A stretch of DNA of 64,000 bases from Harriotta raleighana (Eukaryota), in NCBI GenBank assembly GCA_050575255.1, contig JBNZDD010013730.1, positions 6,168,543-6,232,542 on the forward strand, given 5' to 3'. The notes beneath the pieces were generated by a model that made no database searches, was not told the origin of the DNA, and saw only the letters and a program-made list of their open reading frames with translations. Made by a program: the position numbers and the translations under genes. Numbering within the stretch: the stretch's first letter is position 1; each line of letters begins with the position of its first letter. Below are positions 25,206 through 37,592 of this stretch, piece after piece.

Positions 25206-27531
25206 GGTACAATGACAGTTCACTCACACTGGCAGGGTCACATAGCCTCTCAGTTATTCTCCAGTTTGTTCTGCACAATTTGCTTGCAAAAGTGACTAAC
25301 TGTAACTGTAGCGCATGATTCCATGTTACACAGAGCCACATAAAATGTGTTTGTTGGATTGAATCTTCTGACCAAAATAATGGTTGGTGGGAATGCTAGA
25401 AATAGGCCATACAGGCATAATGATTTGTTGATGTCTCTGGTTTGCTGATTTCTTTTCCAACATCAGACTGTTCCCCGGATTTCACAGCACGCAGAGCATT
25501 TGGAATGCAAAATGAGCTGCTTTGTACGGGGGATATTTTCCATTGATTTTCTGCTGCCAGTTCCTTAAATTGGGCGTGAAAATCTTAATAATACAAAGCT
25601 AATGGAAGGTTTCACCAGTACGAAAGGTGAGCGTTGAAATCACCTTTACTCACTCGCTCGCTCACTCCCGCAGAGTGTTTCTTCTGTGAATTTAACAATT
25701 CAAATCTTCTGTCGTGTCTCCACACAGGTCATACAGCATCCATTTGGTGAAGACAGTGCTTGTCAGAACAATCAATTAAACTTTCCTTGGGAGCTGTTTG
25801 TCTTTGCATAGTCATATCATGCTGATACCAGCAGCAGCCATTTAGCATTTTGTAGCCTTCCTGTCTGCTCTGAAAGTAAGCATTCTAATCACAAGAGATC
25901 ACAAGAAAGGTTCAGATGAAGAAGGTTGTTCAGCCAATTTGATTTAATCCCTTCGATGAATATCTGCCCTAACATGTTTCTTACTTTATTGTCACTTACT
26001 CTGTTGTCTTGTGTATAAGGAAAGACACGGAGAATGGCAAGTATTGTGAAAGGGAATACCTCCTATACCGTCTTAGCGTACAGCTCACAAAATATTTTGC
26101 ATCAACTCCAAATAGTTTAGAATTAATCCAAATCAATCATCAAGCTGTGTGTTGTTATTATTTGAGAGGCCGTCTTCAAGAACCAAAATAGAGGCATGAT
26201 TCTTTATCAATTACTCCATTTCTGTTAAAAAGAAGAAAGTGTGTTCACCTACATTACAGTATTTGGAATACCTCTCCTTAAATTAAATGATAGTTGTACG
26301 TAGCTACCTAAATCTAAGACATGGCAGTAATAGTCAGTGATCCATTTATGAGTATCCTTCTAAAGTATTTTTTCAGCTTCTCCAGCTGAATTTGAATATT
26401 TGCATGACAGCACCTTTGCTGTAATTAGATTCTCTCTTATTAATTAACTGTATTAATCATCACTCACTTTGTAGTTCAGAACAAAATATGACCCACAAAA
26501 ATGATTAAAATTTCATGTAAGTTTTATGGAACTGATTTCCATCTGCGTTTACAAAGTCACTTTTACGAGTTTATTTTCTAGTCAAGTAGAACATTATTGA
26601 TTGCAGCTCATCATTAAATTACCAATTGGTTAAAAATATATGCCTTAAAGCACTTATTTTTCACTGCAGTGATTTTTCATTGAATTCATTGAGCTACAAT
26701 GACAGAATTATCACAACAAAACTCATAACAGGTACAGAATGATGCAAGCATATGCCATGTCACGGAGATGGAATATTATTTTATGGAACAGAGAGCTTTG
26801 ATGTTCCTCGTGTACATTCACATGTCGCAAATAACACTTATCTTTAAATGACAGATTGTTGCAAAATGTAGCTCTGTGGCTTGTCATATCCTCGATGACT
26901 TCTTCATTTGATCTGCCACCATGACACCTTCAGAGAAGCAGATGACACTGAAAGAAACTGGCAAGGAAGGATGGGTGAAAAATAATGCATCATTGGGCTT
27001 TCCTAAACACCTGTTTCATCCCGCTGTCTTGACAGGTGTGGGCAGGGCTGAAATCTAGAGACATCTGGAAACTCTTGGCTTCCGGAAAATACACAAGACA
27101 GACTGGAAGGTGTCAACGGATCACAAAATAACCCGTTCTTTCCTATCCCTGGATGTATTTCTCTGACTTTGTAGTAAGCTCTTGGATATAATTGTCGTAC
27201 CTCATACATATTTGCTAGCTCCACAGTCTTTTTGATACCACCACAAAAGCTTTCACCCCAGTGCAACATTCACTGTCAACGTGAAAACCTCAAGCAATCA
27301 ATACTTTGATAATGAATCTCAAATAATAAATATTTGTTAAGCAATTGGTGGGGGGGGGGAGAAATATTAGTCTCATTATTTTATCGGTTCTACTTGCTTC
27401 AATCATCCTCAGGATCAATAACCTTACAAGGGGCTAATTGGCAGATCTTGAATGCAGGGAGAATAGAGAGGCTGCGAGGGACAATTGGGAAGGATGGAGG
27501 CTCATATGGAATATTACACCTGGCAGAGACT

Positions 27532-27718
27532 ACAACAACAACAACAACAACAACAAATTACATTTATAAAACACCTTCCACATCGGGAAAACATCTGAAG
27601 GCACTGAACAGTCAATGGTCGGGACCCGAGCATGGGGGAGGGGAGGGAGAGTGGTGGGAGGGGGTCGGGGGAGCTGAAGGCATGATCGAAAAGGAGAATC
27701 TTGAGACCGGCCTTGAAG
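27532..27718 (-). mobile_element. L2 LINE 3' fragment with (CAA)n tail
   Basis: The minus strand reads FKAGLKILLFDHAFSSP (L2 ORF end), then the UTR and (TTG)n. Confidence 0.85.
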
Positions 27719-28734
27719 AACAATTTATAAACAAACTACAACAAAGGATTTTGTCTCTCTGTTATGATTTCTTTGGAAGTGCTGAATAATTAACTGATGT
27801 ATTTGAACAAGCGTGGGTGAGTCAGGAAATGTCATTCTAGGTGGTCCTGTCTGCATGTAAATCTAAACCACATCTTTCCAAGTTTCCAATCTTGACATTT
27901 TGACTAGTTTGTCTTGATTGTGTTCTTTGATCTGAAGATGATGCTTCTTTCCTAGAATGACCAAATTAATGAATTTAATCTTCAATTAACTGTCAGTTCT
28001 CCTCATTCATTTGTATTCAATCACCGGTCCAATGTTTCTAATCCATGAAGCTGTTGACTCTCAGCCTCACTATAAAACAGACATTTAACATTTAAGAAAA
28101 ACAGTGTGTGGGCACCTGCAAATCACTGCAAGACATCTCAATGTTTGTCTAAATCATTCAACAGGATACTAAATATCAGGGAAAGATAGCCTGACAAGTT
28201 ACCAGTGAATACCATTAATTCTAACTGTGAGACATTATCACTGAAAAAAACCTGAGTCTATTGTTCATTGGGTTTGCCCATAAATTTCCAAATTTCGCAA
28301 ATGTTCCCAAACTGCATTTCCAGATTACATCCGAGTCCATTCGCATTCAATCCATGCACAGCTCTTTTTGGTCAATTCTACTGTATCAGTTCCAGTCACT
28401 CAATTAATCTTTTATTCCAGTAATTACTGCATCTTGTTCTCCCTTATTAAGTATCTTTGGATCATAAGTGTGTGGCAAGAGTAAGATGCACAACAATCGG
28501 ATCTTAAATATTAAGTGAGATTTCTTATTATTTTATTGATACTTTATCATTAGTTTATTTATTATTTTGCAGAAATGTTTTTCTTGTGAACCATTGCAGT
28601 GTCCTACCTTAGCAATGACGCTCTAGACAAGGGGAAACAAAAGCTGGGGATGTGGAAATCTCTGTTTTCGTTTGGCAAAACATTACAAAGAATGTACAGC
28701 ATGGAGTTGTCATTCCAATAAACACCAGATCAAA

Positions 28735-28975
28735 GAATAGTCTTCACCCACTCCTTGCTTCCTCCCAAACCCTTTTCTTTCCCACTCACTCTTGTGAAGG
28801 TCTAGCTTCCTCTTGAATGCATCCAAACAATTTGATTCAGCCACGGCTTCGGGCAACAAATCCCACAATCTCACTGCCCTCTGAGTTCTACCTAACTTCT
28901 CTTTCAGATCCTCAAGCCACTGCTTTATATTTATGTCCCTGAACAACAGACTTCTCAACCAGTGGAACCAACAAT
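28735..28975 (-). mobile_element. Old CR1 ORF2 C-terminal fragment
   Basis: TQRAVRLWDLLPEAVAESNCLDAFKRKLDLH, homologous to the CR1 at 8864. Confidence 0.8.
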
Positions 28976-29411
28976 GCAGAACACCATTCAAAAGTGTTAC
29001 AGGAAACCAGAATAAGACTGAGCATACGCAATATACTTAGTGTTATTTATGGGCTTTTTTTTTCAGTGTTCCAGCAGAGAACACAATAGAAACAAAGTTA
29101 ACAGACTTTAAATTGCAGGCTGCAGTTTAAATGGATATATCTAGTAGCAGCACTCAGTTGGTATGAAACGAGCTTGTCTCATCAAAATGTTTTCTTTTAC
29201 AGTTACATTTTCACTGCTGGTAAATGAATGGGCTTTATTTAGCGTGAAAGCTACCGTTTTTAGGTTGATCATTTGTAGCGCACGACCAATTAGGTTGTCC
29301 AAAGTCAAAGCAAAAGCTGAGTAAATGTAATGATCTCTGCTCCCTAATTTATGTAGCAAACTATTTGCTGTTGATAGTGATATCACCTCTGTCAGCTGGT
29401 TAAGAAAAAGT

Positions 29412-29717
29412 ATAATAATAAAAATCCTTGCCTTAAATATTGCGCTTTTCACATCTTCTTCACGTCTCAAAGCGCTTCACAGGATACACAGTAAAGTGAA
29501 TTAACTGTATATTTATGGACTAAACGCAGCAACCAATTACATACAGCAGTGTCCCACAAACAGTTGTGGATTGAAATGACCAATTTCATTTTTTTTTTGA
29601 GGGATTATTATTAGGCATGTGGAGTAGGGAAACTTGCCCAAGCTTTCCCCCTGCCTGGATTTGAACACAGGTCTCATACTTGTAAGGCGAGTGCTCTAAC
29701 CACTGAGCTACAGAACT
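29412..29717 (-). mobile_element. Full-length tRNA-derived SINE (short variant)
   Basis: Reverse complement: tgtagctcagtggttagagcactcgccttacaagtatgagacctgtgttcaaatcc (A box, B box), ttgggcaagtttccctactccacatgcc, then tail ...gtgaagcgctttgagacgtgaagaagatgtgaaaagcgcaatatttaaggcaaggatttttattattat. Confidence 0.9.
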
Positions 29718-29789
29718 CCAGACTAGTTATGGATTTGTCAAGCCCCAGATACGGATTTTGAGCTCATCATCCACTTTGGCAGGCAATCC

Positions 29790-30070
29790 GGTCAATACTG
29801 GTGAAGCACTGCACTGACATAGCTCCCGTCCTTCAGATCTGACATTAAATCAAGATCTGGCTGTTCCGGTCGATGTTAAGGATCCTATGATACTATTTGT
29901 TAGCGGGCTGAAATTACTCCTGTTGTCCCGGTTGGGTAAAGTTAACCATTCAACTCACTGTTGTTTGTGGACAATCCTGCGTGAATAAGGTGCTTCTGTC
30001 TAAAAGAAACACACAGTCCTTACAGCGATTCTCCATGAAGAACCATTTCATTGTTGTAGGTACTTTATCA
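29790..30070 (+). mobile_element. Ancient DeuSINE (SacSINE1/AmnSINE1-like) central Deu domain
   Basis: gcactgcactgac...cgtccttcagatctgacattaaatcaag...gatgttaaggatcctatgatactattt...ctcctgttgtcccgg resembles the recalled Deu-domain consensus. Confidence 0.6.
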
Positions 30071-31289
30071 AACCCAAGGAATGCTATTAGTCATCAGCTT
30101 GGTTACGCAGTCTATATTAAACTGCTTTTTTTTATGAGGAAGTTTTCTGTTCAGTAGCAGGTGGAAACAAAAGATATTTTATTTTATCTGATCTCCTTTT
30201 AAGTAGATATGAACAAGCCAAGCAAAGAAGGAAAATATACTAAAGAAGGATGTACAAGAATAAGGAAATGGCTTTCATGTTCTTATTCTTACAAGCACTG
30301 CAGCACAGCATGGGAGTTTTGCTTTTTCTGAAGTGTGGACTTTATTTAATTATTTTGCGGAAATGTATGTTAAACAGAGAACATTGCTTGAAATCTGAGC
30401 CATGTTTTTATTTATCAGGTCCAATGACTGTAACGAGTCAAAGCTTTCAAATATTCCACAACCTTTATTCAATATGTATTGATTGTAGCTCCTTCAATAA
30501 TAGAGGTACTCTTTCTGTAACATACTTTCGCCAAAACTGTTTTTTCACATAATCCATAAAGCAATTTTGCAGTGAGCGATGACTTTTATTCAGAAAAATG
30601 ACAAAATCTCAACAGAGTGAAGTATTTTGAAATGGTTTCTTCTAAATGACAATTGTAAAATGAAATGTTTGCGGTGATTAATAAGAAACATAATGACAAT
30701 GCTATGATATGTTTAATCTACAACAACAAAGCTTCAGTACATTTTCCACCTGCCTGGTAACTGAGGCCAGCAGTTCCCCATTTCAATTGCAACAAAGACA
30801 GATGGGTTTAAAAACATTTGAAATCGCGGTATCTCCTTCTCAGTGCTCTACGTAAAGTATGTCATGATCATTTTGGAATAGGTATATCTGAATTTCAGTT
30901 GAGGTGAGTTTGATAGTTCTATCTTTAATTCTTCACAAATATCTTAAATATCATTTCCTTGCTCTGTCTACTGGAGACTTCCCTGCTTTAACTGCTGTCT
31001 TGCTAAACTACTTCATCACACATTGCAAGCTGTTGGCAGAACTGCAGAGCTCCCCCTTATTCAATTCAGTTACTGGATTATCCATTCACTGACCATCTGT
31101 TGTATCTGCTAAACGTTAGTAGATATAACAGCTTGTTACTGTTAGTGTCTCGTCGTTTCAAGAACTATAGACCATAATAAAGCTTGGAACAAAAAAAAAG
31201 GCCTGTGAAGCCTGTTTCTTCCACATTCTGTGCAAATCCGTTGTCAGGGAGCGACAATAGCAGGGAAATAATAATATTATAATCCGTAC

Positions 31290-31515
31290 AAATAATGCCC
31301 ATCACATCAAAATGCCCCCTAATGCTTTACAGAGTTCTGCAGTAGTAGTAAATATTTATAGGTGAATGTGGTAGTCAATTTGTACAGAGCAATGTTTCAC
31401 AAACAGCAATGATGTGCATGGACTATTTTTTGGTAGACTTTTTTTTTATTGAGGTGTGGGGGTGGAGAGATTGTCGACAAGGACACAGGAAAAAGGTTCG
31501 CCAGCTCTGCATTGG
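31290..31515 (-). mobile_element. Ancient DeuSINE 3' half
   Basis: gtggtagtcaatttgtacagagcaatgtttcacaaacagcaatg...ttgagg...attgtcgacaaggacacaggaaaaagg. Confidence 0.5.
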
Positions 31516-31759
31516 AGAGACAGGTATCAGCCTCGACAAAGTCGCAATATGTACTACCAACTGAGCTATTTGAAGCCAACATTATCATAAGAATGGTATG
31601 TAACATTGTCCAGAATTTCAATCTCCTTCTCTCCTTCAACAGACAACATTCATCCTCTCCCCAGTCTAGCATCACATGAATTGTCGTGATCTGTGAAATA
31701 ATTGTTCCTCTCAATGCGCACCGTCAAGGAGATACTTATCCCATAATTTATTTGGAGGA

Positions 31760-32515
31760 GTTAATTGCCACAACATTGACTAATTTTCTTTAACGTCTGT
31801 TCCATATCTCCGTTCCCTTGTGGAAACTATTCTTAATCTCCGGTCCAACTTGAGGCTTTTTAATATTAAACCTGTGCTCTCAAGTTCTGCTTTCACAGAT
31901 GGAATTAAATGGCCCTTTTACCTCCAAATTATCTCAGCCTCTCATCGTTTTGAAATGCAGTTCATCTGTCCCCACTCTTCATTTCCTTTTTCCCCATGAA
32001 GAATAGGATCAGCTGTATTAGCCTCTCCTCTTAACTTAGCGCTCCTACTGCTCAAATCACCTTGTTGAAATTCTCGGAATCAACTCCAATTTCAATGGCT
32101 TTTTGAAGGTAGGAAGTCTAAAACTGCACAGACAGTTCCATGTATGGCTTCACCAATGATCTGCAAAAGGGTAGAACAATGTCCTACGACTTAGAATCAA
32201 ATAATTTCAAGATACAACCAACTATTCGATTACATTTTATTGAAAAGGACTCTGTCCTTCTGTGAAGAATCAATAATTGCACCTAACTAAACTAAATGTT
32301 CATTTCCAGATTTGCTAATGGATACCCTTTGTTTTACAAACATTTAAGGTTTTTTGTTCCAATATATATTACCTTGCATTTATCTGCATTAAAATTTAAC
32401 CCATCATGCTCATATGCTTAATTGATCCAGAACTTTTGAATGCTAGTTATCTTTGTTAGCTTATTCACCTCCGATGTATCTTAGCATCATCAGTAAATGA
32501 TATAATATTGCAATA
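31760..32515 (-). mobile_element. Highly decayed CR1 ORF2 fragment
   Basis: The reverse complement at about 32115-32165, agatcattggtgaagccatacatggaactgtctgtgcagttttag, is a frameshifted SLVRPHLEYCVQFW. YEERL-like and TRGH-like segments follow downstream. Confidence 0.65.
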
Positions 32516-34672
32516 CATGTTTTCTTTCAAATTAAATGCATTAAATGCAATAGAAGGCATAGCGGGGATTCAGATATTGTATATTATGTCGCGAGTTTAA
32601 TACATGTTACAACTGTGCAGTTTATTTGCGTTGATAACTGCTCTACATTTTCAATACAAAGTTATCCCTAGGTATCGATCTATGCCTGTATGCTGAAAGA
32701 AGAAATTCAGTAATCAAGGGATACATTAAATAAAATAAGCGGATAAGCCAAAAATGTAATCTAATACTGTACAAAGTTTTCTGCCTAAAATCATCTATTT
32801 ATGCCCAATGGATATAACAACTCTTTCCATGGTCAAGAACTATGTACATTGGATATTAAATAGATATTGCACATTAGTTTACAATTGTACTTTTAACAAG
32901 GAGCATTGCCAATCCAAATATGTGAAATGCAAATCATTTAAAAATCTACATCTGTACTTTAACACTGTTGTTTTAACATATCATCACAGGTTTCCAAATA
33001 TGGCAGTCTCTGAACTTCAAAGATAAGATATTTTGTTTGCAGAATTTCCCCCAAAACATTGGTAGACATGAAGTAGTACTTTCCTATATATAAATATTTA
33101 AATTCAATTGCCTTTGTGGTGATTTCAGCCATAAATCACAACCAATGCTGGCAGGTATTATGGGATTAGGAACCAGACAGCATTTCGAAGGAAATACTAT
33201 TTATATTCAGAGAAAGACATTTGATTCCTTTGCTTATGTTCAAATTAATTATTTCTAATGTCATGCTTACTTAAAAGTGTGCCAAATTTTGGAATTCACA
33301 AATAATGTTGAAATGGCTCATTCAAATCTCTTTGGAATGGTACTCATTTCTAGCAATTACCAGATTTACATTGAGTTTGTCATTCTTATTTTAGGAAATA
33401 TTTTCTTCAAGAGGCCTCGTCCTGTATTACAATATCAATGGACCACATTTTCTTCACTAATATATGCAGTGATCCTTTCCAGGATTAATGCACATTCATT
33501 TCATTTCTCTTAGATGTGGAATTCCCTGGCAAAAATCATTGTTGTTCCAGGAGATAAAAGGATGCATGTCAATCCGATCCATTATTGGGATATGGAGGCA
33601 ATTGCTCGATTTGCAGCGCAACAAACATTGAAAAGATGTAATTGAAAATGAACATTCAATGATTGGATTTGTAACATTCTTGGTGCCCATGACATGCAAT
33701 ATTGCGATGGAATTGCCTGGGAACAACAACAGTAGTGCAGAAAGCAGCATTGTCTCACGTTAGCACTAGGCTGGAGCAATGTAAACAAAGTGTATTCACT
33801 TAGAAAGGAAATAACTAAGAACGACATGGCAAAAGATTTCTGTGGAGATAATGTATCTTGTTCTCAATAATTTGCACTCTGACATGACTTCACTTGACTT
33901 CACTTAACAGCTGCACGCAGAGAACAACCACAAATCCTGTCTGTCCTCCAGCCCCAAATCGTATAAAACCGAGTTATTTCCTTTTGCAACCTCTAGGTTC
34001 TTGTGATAGATTTATTTGGAACTCTGAACACAATCATCTGGGAACAAAATAGCTAACTACAACAAAGAAAGTTGATCATTAACCTTAATCAAACAAGGTA
34101 GAATAGAAATAATAAACAGCAAAGATGCAAGAGCGTGATCCAAAGTTTACAGTGTGGATTATACTTTGTATACTTTGATACAAATGTACGTGCAGAGTTA
34201 GCAAATAAATCAGCAGATGTTTTAGATGGATTCATTGCACACATTCGTGTTAGTCGGGCCCCAGATATTTCTTATAATAACAGAATGATTACACTTAAGA
34301 TAGATTTTGGATTGTGTCTGAAAACCTGTTTCTTCGATTTGTTTATTCAGTCCGTGTGAAATAAAAACCAGAAGAAATGTATGAGATAATAATGGGACTC
34401 TATGACCGAAATGCCTTCATTTATATTTTTTAAAAAGGGCTAAATGCCCATTCAATGAATTTCCTGAATAAACAGTGACAAAATCATATCAGCACCTGGA
34501 ATTCTTCCAATACATTACCATATGTGTGATTTTGTTGCAAAAGTTCAGAAGCCAAAGAAGAACATTGGAACCCTGAGCAGGATCTGTCAACCAGTGTACN
34601 CACCTGGAATTCTTCCAATACATTACCATATGTGTGATTTTGTTGCAAAAATTCAAAAGCCAAAGAAGAACA

Positions 34673-34743
34673 ACAACAACAACAACAAAATTACATTTAT
34701 AGAGCGCGTTTCACGTCAGGAGGACGTCCCAAGGCGCTGAACA
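34673..34743 (-). mobile_element. 71-bp L2 3'-terminal insertion present in only one of two N-joined copies
   Basis: (caa)n aattacatttatagagcgcgtttcacgtcaggaggacgtcccaaggcgctgaaca is absent from copy 34493-34599. gaaca lies at both junctions. Confidence 0.9.
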
Positions 34744-37348
34744 TTGGAACCCTGAGCAGGATCTGTCAACCAGTGTACCTTGAAACCCAAACCCAGTCAG
34801 AATGTGAGACGTGTAAATATTGGGATTTAATTCTATCTTTGCACACCAGATTAGGTGAATCTGTTTTCAATCAATGTTTTGTTTCCGGCGACTGAGTGAG
34901 GATGTTTATGGTGTGGCCATAAATCAAGAATTATTCAATCAAGAACATTTATTTGGTTGGCTGACCAAAAAGGTTGGCCATTACTGGATTAGAAGCTTAC
35001 TATCACATGCAGTGAGATCTCACTGAAATGATTGACCACAGGCACAGTTGAAGTATCTGTCCCAGTAAAAACTCACTGCTGCTGTGAAGGCATTGGATCA
35101 AAGTTGGAAGAANCAGGCACATGCAGTGAGATCTCACTGAAATGATTGACCACAGGCACACTTGGAGTATCTGTCCCAGTAAAAACTCACTGCTGCTGTG
35201 AAGGCATTGGATCAAAGTTGGAAGAAGTAGACATGGCTACAATAGAATATAACAGAATTTATGCCTTGAAAAACCATATCAGGACTTGTTTTTGTCTTTC
35301 AGTGTACATGCCACAGATTTAATCTGAAAATAACCACTAGAATAAATACATACTTTTCTCCTGAGTTTTAAATTCTCCTTCTTTGTCATTTTGTCCCATT
35401 TCTCTCTTGCCTTCTTGCTTCCGTGTTATCTTACTTAATTGGATAGCCTAGACTGTGACCTTTTCAGTAGCTGATGGTGATAGAATTGTGTATTGATATT
35501 CAGGGGTAACTGTTTGTTAAATTATTCATATTCTCCTATCTTGCCACCACCCCAACTATTAACAATCTAGAATGCCTCACTGTACAAGCCTGTTAAACAA
35601 TCTACAAAACTCCCAATAAATGATAGCCAAATCAGAATGACAGATCAAGGCTGAAATACAAAGTATCAGAACTATCAATGGTTCTGATTATCTCTTTGCT
35701 TTGTTTTCCTAAAACATAAAAAGCTCTTCAACTCCATGTCCAGCACAAGTGTTATACTGTACTCTCATTCTCGATCTGTAGATTCATACAGTTATCACAT
35801 TTCAATTCTAATCAAATGCCAATATGTGAGATTAAAACTAAGCAAACAGACCCAACAAATATCAAGCCAAATCATCGGATCAGCTTGATGACGCAGATAA
35901 AGTTACTGATCTAATTTGATTTGCATATGGATCTTGCAGACAACGAACTAAATTTCTTCGAACATCAGAATCCTTCCTGAAACTGACACAATCAAATACA
36001 AACAATCAAAGTTTTATCTTATAAAACTGGAGAATCAAGATCAGTTTCTTTTTAGTCAGTTTTACAAATATCCATCCATGAAAGAGAACTTCCCGTGGAG
36101 ATCACTGCTATTATTGAATGGATGATGGTTAGATTTCTTCTCTTCAAATGTGAGAGTGACTCAGGGGCATATAAATGGCAGCTTGATAATTAGTTCATCT
36201 GTTGCTGCTGTGATTAAAATGCTTGTCGATGCACAAATACAATATTATTTCCCTAAATTCCAAAGCAAATATAAATCTAAAGGAACTCTCAGAAGTTGGT
36301 ACAACTAAAGAGACACACCCTTGCGATAAAGCCCAAAGGAGGGGACTGAATAACCTTATGATCATTCCTGCTAAATGAATGAGCAAACCGCTAACTATCC
36401 AGTTTTACATTTGGCTATCTCCAAACAACACAGAACTGGGTTTGGGTAACCGGAACAAAAACAGGAAAAAAAGCGAGCACCTGACGAACATTTCAACCCT
36501 TCCTGCCGCTTGTCATTCCATTTGTGTCGTGAAGCCAATTTGAATGAATTCCAATTTTAAACTTCTCGAATTCTGATTCAATCTAACACCAGGTAGGAAC
36601 CATCGCTGTGATTTCTTTCATTTAGAAAAAGTGAAAAATCGACAAGTCAAGCCTGTAACATAATGAAAAGTAACACACAAATTAGTACCTAGAAAGCAGT
36701 AATCATTCCAAATGACACAATAGCTGATCAGATAGGTAAACTGGGCAAGGAACGTTTCTGATTTGAACAGCTGAACCAAGCTTCTTGTTCAGACCTAAAC
36801 ATATTTTTTCTACTCTTCCTTTACTGCTTTGAGAAAAATGAACAGAATTTTTATTCTCTCTTCAAATGAATGATTAACCTAAAGGAATTATCCTCCAGGA
36901 AAACTTCCTGAACTGTTAGGTAATCGATCACATGAAACTTATTGCGATTGGAACAACTTCACAAATTTAAGAAAAATCAAATCAAAGATCTGAAAGATAT
37001 TTAGGTTACATTTCAAGAATGACCCTTCATTAGAACATCAAAAAGTTAGCAGTTATTGTAATTTAACTGTTTTTACATTGCATGTTTTGCAGNATTTAGG
37101 TTACATTTCAAGAATGACCCTTCATTAGAACATCAAAAAGTTATTGTAATTTAACTGTTTTTACATTGCATGTTTTGCAATAAATGCATTAAATGTGAAA
37201 AACAGGTCTGTATTTGCCCTGGTAAGCACAATTTTATGATTATTTTGGCAGTAGATATTCCCCTCCTCACGAGTCACAAAACCCTTCAAAGGATGGGAAA
37301 GCATTATATCAGAAATGACTGGTTGTATTTTGATGAACGGAAGGTAAC

Positions 37349-37592
37349 TAATAATAATCCTTTGCATTCGGTATGGCACTTTTCACATCTTCTAAACATC
37401 TCAAAGCGCTTCAAAGAATATACTGTAAGGCAAATAGACTGTATATTTGTGGGCAAAAAGTGGCAGCCAATTGTGCATAGCAGTATCCCACAAATTGACA
37501 TGGATTGAAGTCACCAATTTATTATTGTCTTATTATTTCTTGAGGGATTATTATCAGTCGTGTGGAGTAAGGAAACTCGCCAGGAATCGAAC
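37349..37592 (-). mobile_element. tRNA-derived SINE (short variant), head partly deleted
   Basis: Same tail and body as 29412-29717, ending in ggaaactcgccaggaatcgaac. Confidence 0.85.

Noticed and set aside
27003-27280. Minus-strand 88-aa ORF with a possible acceptor and donor
   Set aside because: No recognisable protein, weak splice signals and no partner exons.
29640-29717. tRNA genes (also 20845, 24910, 45030, 50985, 62760)
   Set aside because: The A/B-box tRNA-like sequences lack a complete acceptor stem and run into SINE bodies, so they are SINE heads.
34493-35222. Tandem repeats or a CRISPR-like repeat-spacer array
   Set aside because: Each duplicate is one pair split by a single N, which is an assembly join. 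There is no regular repeat-spacer period and no cas gene, and the DNA is vertebrate.
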